From NCBI GenBank assembly GCA_020725385.1, contig DYFC01000034.1, positions 64,001 through 128,000 on the forward strand: a stretch of DNA of 64,000 nt, read 5' to 3'. The DNA is from Nitrospira japonica (lineage in GTDB: Bacteria; Nitrospirota; Thermodesulfovibrionia; Thermodesulfovibrionales; SM23-35). Every line of letters begins with the position of its first letter. Within the stretch, counting starts at the first letter, position 1. A program made the translations under genes and the position numbers. Shown here piece by piece: positions 57,254 to 64,000 of the stretch. The notes under the pieces are model-generated. The model saw only the letters and a program-made list of their open reading frames with translations, searched no databases and had not been told where the DNA came from.

Positions 57254-58609
57254 ATGAAACTGCAAGAATTCAAACAAACAGAGATTGGAAGAATACCAAA
57301 AGAGTGGGAAGTGGTAAGGCTTGGTGATGTTATCACATATATTAAAGGCAAAAAGCCAGCAAAAATATTAGAAGAGTACAAAGAAAATTGTTTACCTTAT
57401 CTATCAACGGAATATTTGCGAAAAAATAAAACAACAACTTATGTGCCTATTTCAGGTGATGTAGTTTCTGTCAATGATGAGGATTTAATTTTGTTATGGG
57501 ATGGTTCAAATGCTGGAGAAATCTTTTTAGGAAAAAGAGGGGTTCTCTCTTCAACTATGGTTAAATTTGAATTGAGAGAAAATAAATATATTCCTAACTT
57601 CTTATTTTATTTATTAAAAATAAAAGAAAACTGTTTAAAGGGACAAACAAAAGGAACGGGAATACCTCATGTTGATGGAAATGTTTTAAATGCTCTTCAC
57701 CTCCCCCTTCCTCCTCTCCCTGAACAGAAAAAAATTGCTGAGATTCTTTCGACGGTTGATGAAGCAATACAGAAGGTAGATGAAGCCATAACGAAAACTG
57801 AAAGATTGAAAAAGGGGTTGATGCAGGAATTATTAACAGGTAGACGAAGAGTAGTAGATAGCAGACAGCATATGGCATATAGTAGACAGCAAATAGTAGA
57901 CAGCATACAGCATACGGTAGAAAGGGAAAAAACTGATACCCCCCAGTCTACAGTCTACTGTCTACAGTCTACTGAATACAAGGAAACCGAAATCGGAAGG
58001 ATACCGAAGGAGTGGGAAGTAGTGAAGATCGGCGATATCGCCTTAGATTTTTTAGGTGGAGGTACGCCGTCTACCTCTAATCAAAGTTATTGGGATGGTG
58101 ATATTGCATGGATGACAAGCGCTCATATAAATGATAGAAACGTAACAACGGGACAACGATATATTACGAAAGAGGGGTTAAGAAACAGTGCTGCCAATTT
58201 AGTTCCAAAGGATAATTTACTCATTGCGACAAGGGTTGGTATAGGCAAAGTTGCTGTAAATAAAGTTGATATTGCTATAAGTCAAGATTTAACAGGCGTG
58301 ATTATTGATAAAACGAAAGCGATGAGCGATTTTTTATATTGGAACATTAGCACACAGGAAAGAAAATTAAAATCCTTAGCTCAAGGAAGTACTATAAAAG
58401 GTATTTTGAGAGAGGAGTTGGGGAAATTAAAGATCCCCCTTCCTCCTCTTCCCGAACAGAAAAAAATCGCTGAAATCTTAAGTACGGTTGATAGGAAAAT
58501 AGAGTTGTTAAGAGAGAGGAAAAAAAGATTCGAAAGAATAAAAAAAGGTTTGATGAATGATTTGCTTACGGGAAGGAAGAGAGTCAAAACAGCATACAGT
58601 AGTCGGTAA
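57254..58609 (+). CDS. hsdS: Type I R-M specificity subunit with an in-frame repeat insertion in the central linker
   Basis: Two TRDs, TEIGRIPKEWEVV x2, PLPPLPEQKKIAEILSTVD x2, KKGLM.xLLTG x2. Confidence 0.93.
   Translation: MKLQEFKQTEIGRIPKEWEVVRLGDVITYIKGKKPAKILEEYKENCLPYLSTEYLRKNKTTTYVPISGDVVSVNDEDLILLWDGSNAGEIFLGKRGVLSSTMVKFELRENKYIPNFLFYLLKIKENCLKGQTKGTGIPHVDGNVLNALHLPLPPLPEQKKIAEILSTVDEAIQKVDEAITKTERLKKGLMQELLTGRRRVVDSRQHMAYSRQQIVDSIQHTVEREKTDTPQSTVYCLQSTEYKETEIGRIPKEWEVVKIGDIALDFLGGGTPSTSNQSYWDGDIAWMTSAHINDRNVTTGQRYITKEGLRNSAANLVPKDNLLIATRVGIGKVAVNKVDIAISQDLTGVIIDKTKAMSDFLYWNISTQERKLKSLAQGSTIKGILREELGKLKIPLPPLPEQKKIAEILSTVDRKIELLRERKKRFERIKKGLMNDLLTGRKRVKTAYSSR
57851..57974. repeat. 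Heptamer inverted-array element inside hsdS
   Basis: About 11 x AYAGYAK units, short spacer, 4 x CWGTCTA complementary units; 41 codons in frame. Confidence 0.85.
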
Positions 58610-59116
58610 CCAGGAGAAAACAAATATGCAAACATCAACAGGCAGACAGGGAAAAGCAAATAGGTTCGAAGATTTAGAGGTATGGAAGAAGTCTCATGAA
58701 TTGGTGTTGAAAATTTATAAGATTACAAAAGAATTTCCTTCAGAAGAAAAATTTGGATTAGTGTCGCAGATGCGGCGGTCTGCTGTTTCTATCCCAGCAA
58801 ATATTGCTGAGGGATTTAAGAAAAGAGGTCTCAAAGATAAATCAAATTTCTATAACATAGCGCAGGGTTCTCTTGAGGAGTTGAGATACTATTTAATTTT
58901 ATCAAAAGATCTTGGATATTATGACAATAAAAAGGATTTTCATGAATTAATGGAAATAATTGGAAAAATGCTTTATGGACTGGTTAAAAGTATACAGTAA
59001 ACAGCATACAGTAGACAGCATACTGGGAGGCAGTAAAAACACGCAGCAAAAAGTAGATGGAGGAATAAATCAGTTTACAGTTTACAGTTTACCGTTTACT
59101 GTTTACTATCTGCTAC
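58587..59116 (+). mobile_element. Putative heptamer-repeat cassette carrying the four-helix-bundle gene
   Basis: 16-bp direct repeat AAACAGCATACAGTAG at 58587-58602 and 58999-59014; heptamer arms on both sides; complementary CWGTTTA array at 59071-59116. Confidence 0.55.
58626..59000 (+). CDS. Four helix bundle protein (23S rRNA IVS protein family)
   Basis: FEDLEVWKKSHEL..IYKITKEFPSEEKFGLVSQMRRSAVSIPANIAEG..IAQGSLEE; ATG 58626 with GGAG RBS. Confidence 0.92.
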   Translation: MQTSTGRQGKANRFEDLEVWKKSHELVLKIYKITKEFPSEEKFGLVSQMRRSAVSIPANIAEGFKKRGLKDKSNFYNIAQGSLEELRYYLILSKDLGYYDNKKDFHELMEIIGKMLYGLVKSIQ

Positions 59117-59125
59117 ATAAGAGAT

Positions 59126-62100
59126 ATGTCAAACTTTAGTGAAAAAACCCTTATCGAGGATTATATCCTTCAACGTTTGATTGAAAAAGGCTGGAAGTTT
59201 GTTCCTGCAGACAATCTTGAGCGGGACAGTTATAAGGAGCCTCTGCTTGTTCCAAATCTTTCGAGGGCAATTAGAAGAATCAATACAGCAAAAGGCACAC
59301 GGCAAACAACAGACAGGGAAAGTAAAGCCACTTTCAGTATACATTCTATTGTCTCCAGTTTACAACTCGGTGATGAAGAAATTAACAGGGCGTTGAATGA
59401 ACTTATGCTCACGGGTTCAGGCATTGAAGGTTCAAAAAAGATTTTAAGTTTCTACAAATTCGGTATCCCTGTAAAATTTGAAAAAGAGAGGGTTGTTAAT
59501 TATATCCGCCTTTTTGATTTTAACGACATTAGTAACAACGAGTTTATTGTAACAAGGCAGGTCAATTATGACGGCAGGGAAAGGATAAGAACAGACTTAG
59601 TCCTCTATATTAATGGTATTCCTCTTGTAAACATTGAATGTAAAAACCCTGCGAGCATTTCTGAAAACTGGTATAACGCATATAAACAGATCAAAGATTA
59701 TGAAAAGATTGTTCCTGAACTCTATAAGTATATTCAAATTGGAGTTGCAGCTGAAAGTGTTGCCAAGTTCTTCCCTGTTGTTCCCTGGCAAGAGGAAGTC
59801 AAGATAAATGAATGGAAGGTTGATAATAAAGATTCTATGGATTCAATTATCGAGATGCTCTCACAAGACTCACTCCTCGATATTATAGAAAATTTTCTGT
59901 TCTTCAGGATAGAGCGCGGGGAAGCAACGAAAGTTGTAACACGTTATATGCAATATAGAGCAGCAAATAAAATAGTTAACAGAGTCAAAGAGTTTTTAGA
60001 GGCGACAAGGTCAATAGGGTCAATAGAGTCAAAGGAGCAAGGATACGGCACTCTAGACTCTTTAGACCCTATGACTCTTAGACCTAAAAATAAAGGGCTT
60101 ATCTGGCACTGGCAGGGAAGCGGTAAAACCCTCACTATGATATTTGCCGCAAATAAACTTTATTACTCAAATCTGCTTGAAAATCCAACGGTCTTTTTTA
60201 TTGTTGATAGAGTTGAAATAGAGGAACAGCTTTACAAAGAATTCTACTCGTTGGATATTGTTGAACCAGAAATTATCGGCTCAGTCTGGGAACTTAAGGA
60301 GATTCTTAAATATGATGACTATAGGGGCAAGAGGGGTATATTTATAATCTTAATTCATAAATTCAGACAGGAAGAACTGAGAGAGTTGCAAAAAGAGATT
60401 GAACAGGTTTCAGAACTCAAAGAAACCATAATGAACAGAAAAAATGTAATTGCTTTTGTGGATGAGGGACATAGGACACAATATGGAACTCTTGCAGCGC
60501 AAATGAAAGCCATGCTTAAGAACGCCTTTTTCTTCGCTTTTACTGGCACGCCTATATCAAAAACGGGAAGAGATACCTATATGGAATTCAGTTATCCTCC
60601 CGATGAACTTTATCTTGATAGATATTTTATTACTGACTCGATTAAAGACAAGTTTACTGTCAAAATAGTTTATCAGCCACGACTTGAAAAGGAAGCTCAT
60701 CTTAAAAAGGATATGTTGGAAGCCTTTTTAGAAGCGGAACTCGAAGAAATCCCTGAGGATATACGAGATGATATTCAAGACAAAGTCAAAAAAAGACTTA
60801 ATGCAATAAAGATATTCCTTGAAAATCCGCAAAGAATAAAAGTAATCGCTGAGGATATAGCAGCACATTTTAAAGAAAACATTGATGGCAAATTTAAGGC
60901 TATGGTTGTAGCAGGAAGCAGAAAAGCTTGCGAGCTTTACAGAAAGGAATTATATAAACATTTACCTGAGGAATACGTGCATACAATTATTACTCTCGGC
61001 AGAGAGGAAGAACCTTTACTGAAGGAAGCAGTGGCTGAAGCAAAGGCACAGTATGGGAAAGATATAGAAGATATAAGAAAAGAAACAATTGAAAAATATA
61101 AAGAAGAGGAATTCCCCAAAATATTGATTGTCACTGATATGTTGCTTACAGGTTTTGATGCTCCGATACTTCAGGTTATGTACCTTGACAAGCCTCTTAA
61201 GGAACACAGACTTTTACAGGCAGTAGCGAGAACAAATAGACCATATAGTGATTTAAAAAATGCTGGGGTTGTGATTGATTATGTTGGTGTGTTGAAAGAA
61301 TTCAAGAAAGCCCTTGAGATGTATAGCGAGAATGATATAAAAGGAGCGCTTTTTAGTTACGACGACATAAGAGAAGAATTTATCCTCTTAATTCAGGAGA
61401 TTCTTGAGATATTGAAAGATGTGCCCAGGAATTACGAAAGAGGAACGTTACTCAAAGCTATAGAGATACTCACTTCCGATGAAGAAAAAGAGAAAGATTT
61501 TGTCGAGAAATATAAAAATCTAAGAAAGACTTTTGAATTGCTCGGACCTGATGAGATTAAACTTGAGTATTTTGAGGATTATAAATGGCTATCTTCTATT
61601 TACACTTATTACATAAAAGTAGTTGTTCAAAAACCTGTTTATGGAGACATCATCCAGAAATATTACGATAAAACCATAAGATTTATTCATAAGGCTACCG
61701 AGATAGATACATTGGATAAAGACCTCCCTATAATTTCATTTGACAGCGATTATCTCGAGAAGTTAGAAGACAAAGTTAAAAATAAACAAGAAAAGGCAGC
61801 AAATATTCTCTTTGCTCTTAATAGATTAGTGCTTGTGGAGAGACATCGCAATCCCATCTATGAATCATTGGTGGAAAAAGTGGAAAGACTACTTGAGTTA
61901 TGGAAGGAAAAGACAAAAGATTATAAGAAGATTTACTTAGAAGGTACAAATATATTTAAGGATATTGCAACACTCTCTGAACGACAAAAATCTTTAGAAT
62001 TTTCAGATGCTGAATATGCAATGCTCCTTGAACTTGAGAAAAAGTTAGATGGTAAAGTTGAACTTATTAATGAAGTGAAGAAACTTTCAAAGCAATTAAA

Positions 62101-62272
62101 ACAATATATGTTTTCTGGATGGATCAATCAAACAACAGTAAAAAAAGAAGCAGAGCGTGAAATAAGAAAATTTGTCAGAGGGATAAAAGCAAAATATAAT
62201 CTCACTTTTGATGAAATGAACGATTTGCATGATAAGTTAGTAGAAAGTGTTAAAAATTATGGAACTGCGTGA
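59126..62272 (+). CDS. hsdR: Type I R-M restriction subunit with two in-frame repeat insertions
   Basis: DLVLYINGIPLVNIECK nuclease, HWQGSGKT, DEGH, FTGTP, TGFDAP, QAVARTNR. Confidence 0.95.
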   Translation: MSNFSEKTLIEDYILQRLIEKGWKFVPADNLERDSYKEPLLVPNLSRAIRRINTAKGTRQTTDRESKATFSIHSIVSSLQLGDEEINRALNELMLTGSGIEGSKKILSFYKFGIPVKFEKERVVNYIRLFDFNDISNNEFIVTRQVNYDGRERIRTDLVLYINGIPLVNIECKNPASISENWYNAYKQIKDYEKIVPELYKYIQIGVAAESVAKFFPVVPWQEEVKINEWKVDNKDSMDSIIEMLSQDSLLDIIENFLFFRIERGEATKVVTRYMQYRAANKIVNRVKEFLEATRSIGSIESKEQGYGTLDSLDPMTLRPKNKGLIWHWQGSGKTLTMIFAANKLYYSNLLENPTVFFIVDRVEIEEQLYKEFYSLDIVEPEIIGSVWELKEILKYDDYRGKRGIFIILIHKFRQEELRELQKEIEQVSELKETIMNRKNVIAFVDEGHRTQYGTLAAQMKAMLKNAFFFAFTGTPISKTGRDTYMEFSYPPDELYLDRYFITDSIKDKFTVKIVYQPRLEKEAHLKKDMLEAFLEAELEEIPEDIRDDIQDKVKKRLNAIKIFLENPQRIKVIAEDIAAHFKENIDGKFKAMVVAGSRKACELYRKELYKHLPEEYVHTIITLGREEEPLLKEAVAEAKAQYGKDIEDIRKETIEKYKEEEFPKILIVTDMLLTGFDAPILQVMYLDKPLKEHRLLQAVARTNRPYSDLKNAGVVIDYVGVLKEFKKALEMYSENDIKGALFSYDDIREEFILLIQEILEILKDVPRNYERGTLLKAIEILTSDEEKEKDFVEKYKNLRKTFELLGPDEIKLEYFEDYKWLSSIYTYYIKVVVQKPVYGDIIQKYYDKTIRFIHKATEIDTLDKDLPIISFDSDYLEKLEDKVKNKQEKAANILFALNRLVLVERHRNPIYESLVEKVERLLELWKEKTKDYKKIYLEGTNIFKDIATLSERQKSLEFSDAEYAMLLELEKKLDGKVELINEVKKLSKQLKQYMFSGWINQTTVKKEAEREIRKFVRGIKAKYNLTFDEMNDLHDKLVESVKNYGTA
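59285..59364. repeat. Degenerate heptamer inverted array inside hsdR
   Basis: ACAGCAA AAGGCAC ACGGCAA ACAACAG ACAGGGA ... CAGTATA CATTCTA TTGTCTC CAGTTTA. Confidence 0.65.
59981..60086. repeat. 8/9-mer inverted array inside hsdR
   Basis: AGGTCAATA GGGTCAATA GAGTCAAAG ... CTCTAGACTC TTTAGACCC TATGACTC TTAGACCT. Confidence 0.7.
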
Positions 62273-62816
62273 TATACCATACAAAGTATCTTATAGAAAT
62301 ATAAAATACCCACGAATTGAATTTATCACAGGGAAACTGTTGCTTGTACTTCCATTAAATAGCAGACCTGAAGTCATTTTGCAGAAACATAAAAGGTGGA
62401 TAGAGAATAAAAAGAAATTAATTGAGGAATGTTTGAATCATTCAGATGGCATACAGTTAATCAAGAGAGACGATGATAGATTTAAAGAATTAATATATAT
62501 GAATTCTAAAAATGCAGAACGTGATTTTAACGTAAAGTTTCATGTCATATACTTCAGGAGAATGAAAACCAAATGGGCAAGTTTAAGCTCCAGAAAAAGT
62601 TTAACTATTAATACATTGATGAGATACTTGCCTGCTCATTTAATAAAGTATGTTGTTTATCATGAAGCAGCCCATCTCATTGAGAAAAGGCATAATGGCA
62701 GATATTGGGAGATAATACAAAAGCAATTTAAGAATTATAAAAAAATGGAGAAAGATATGTTTGTTTATTGGTTTAAAATTAATAAAAAAGAGTATAAAAA
62801 GAAGAATGTTGGATAA
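62259..62816 (+). CDS. YgjP/DUF45-like metallopeptidase
   Basis: MKTKWASLS, YVVYHEAAHL..RH motif; usual companion of hsdR. Confidence 0.85.
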   Translation: MELRDIPYKVSYRNIKYPRIEFITGKLLLVLPLNSRPEVILQKHKRWIENKKKLIEECLNHSDGIQLIKRDDDRFKELIYMNSKNAERDFNVKFHVIYFRRMKTKWASLSSRKSLTINTLMRYLPAHLIKYVVYHEAAHLIEKRHNGRYWEIIQKQFKNYKKMEKDMFVYWFKINKKEYKKKNVG

Positions 62817-62916
62817 TACTGCTTTACCTGTGAGTGCATTTCAAGAGAAATCTGGGGTAAGAAGTAAGAATCAGGAAAAATGGTAGTATCCGGTCATTTA
62901 TTTCTGGCATAATTAA

Positions 62917-64000
<1,084 letters not shown>

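Noticed and set aside
58557-59000. 23S rRNA intervening sequence / rRNA gene
   Set aside because: No rRNA sequence flanks the gene; it lies between hsdS and hsdR.
57851-59116. CRISPR array or DGR
   Set aside because: Units are 7-nt tandem repeats without unique spacers; no cas genes, reverse transcriptase or TR/VR pair seen in the window.

Overview
AT-rich bacterial chromosomal segment. Gene content suggests an anaerobe of the Nitrospirota/Thermodesulfovibrionia or delta-proteobacterial type (inference only). From left to right it carries: accB(partial)-efp, fadL plus an acyl-ACP/CoA synthetase, an Xaa-Pro peptidase, an RpoD paralogue behind a sigma54-type promoter, rsmA, a yybP-ykoY riboswitch-led zf-TFIIB/TerC/M48 operon, pdxA, tamB-bamA-like genes and a TauE/USP cluster. 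The hypABFD..E hydrogenase maturation genes are interrupted by a glycosylation cassette and a mini corrinoid/Fe-S protein, then pdxJ. A 9-kb porin-NHL-multiheme cytochrome cluster follows (about 45 heme motifs, including an OmcE-like tetraheme), then rfbB, cstA, an ABC-2 exporter, a type I R-M locus (HTH-fused hsdM, fic, RAYT, hsdS, four-helix-bundle gene, hsdR, YgjP-like) and tgt (partial). The most unusual signal is in the R-M locus. A four-helix-bundle gene sits inside arrays of 7-nt tandem repeats and is bounded by a perfect 16-bp direct repeat, while gene-less inverted arrays of the same heptamer sit in frame inside hsdS and hsdR. This suggests an undescribed short-repeat-based mobile/intervening element. 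All calls are from reading the sequence by eye; no searches were run.
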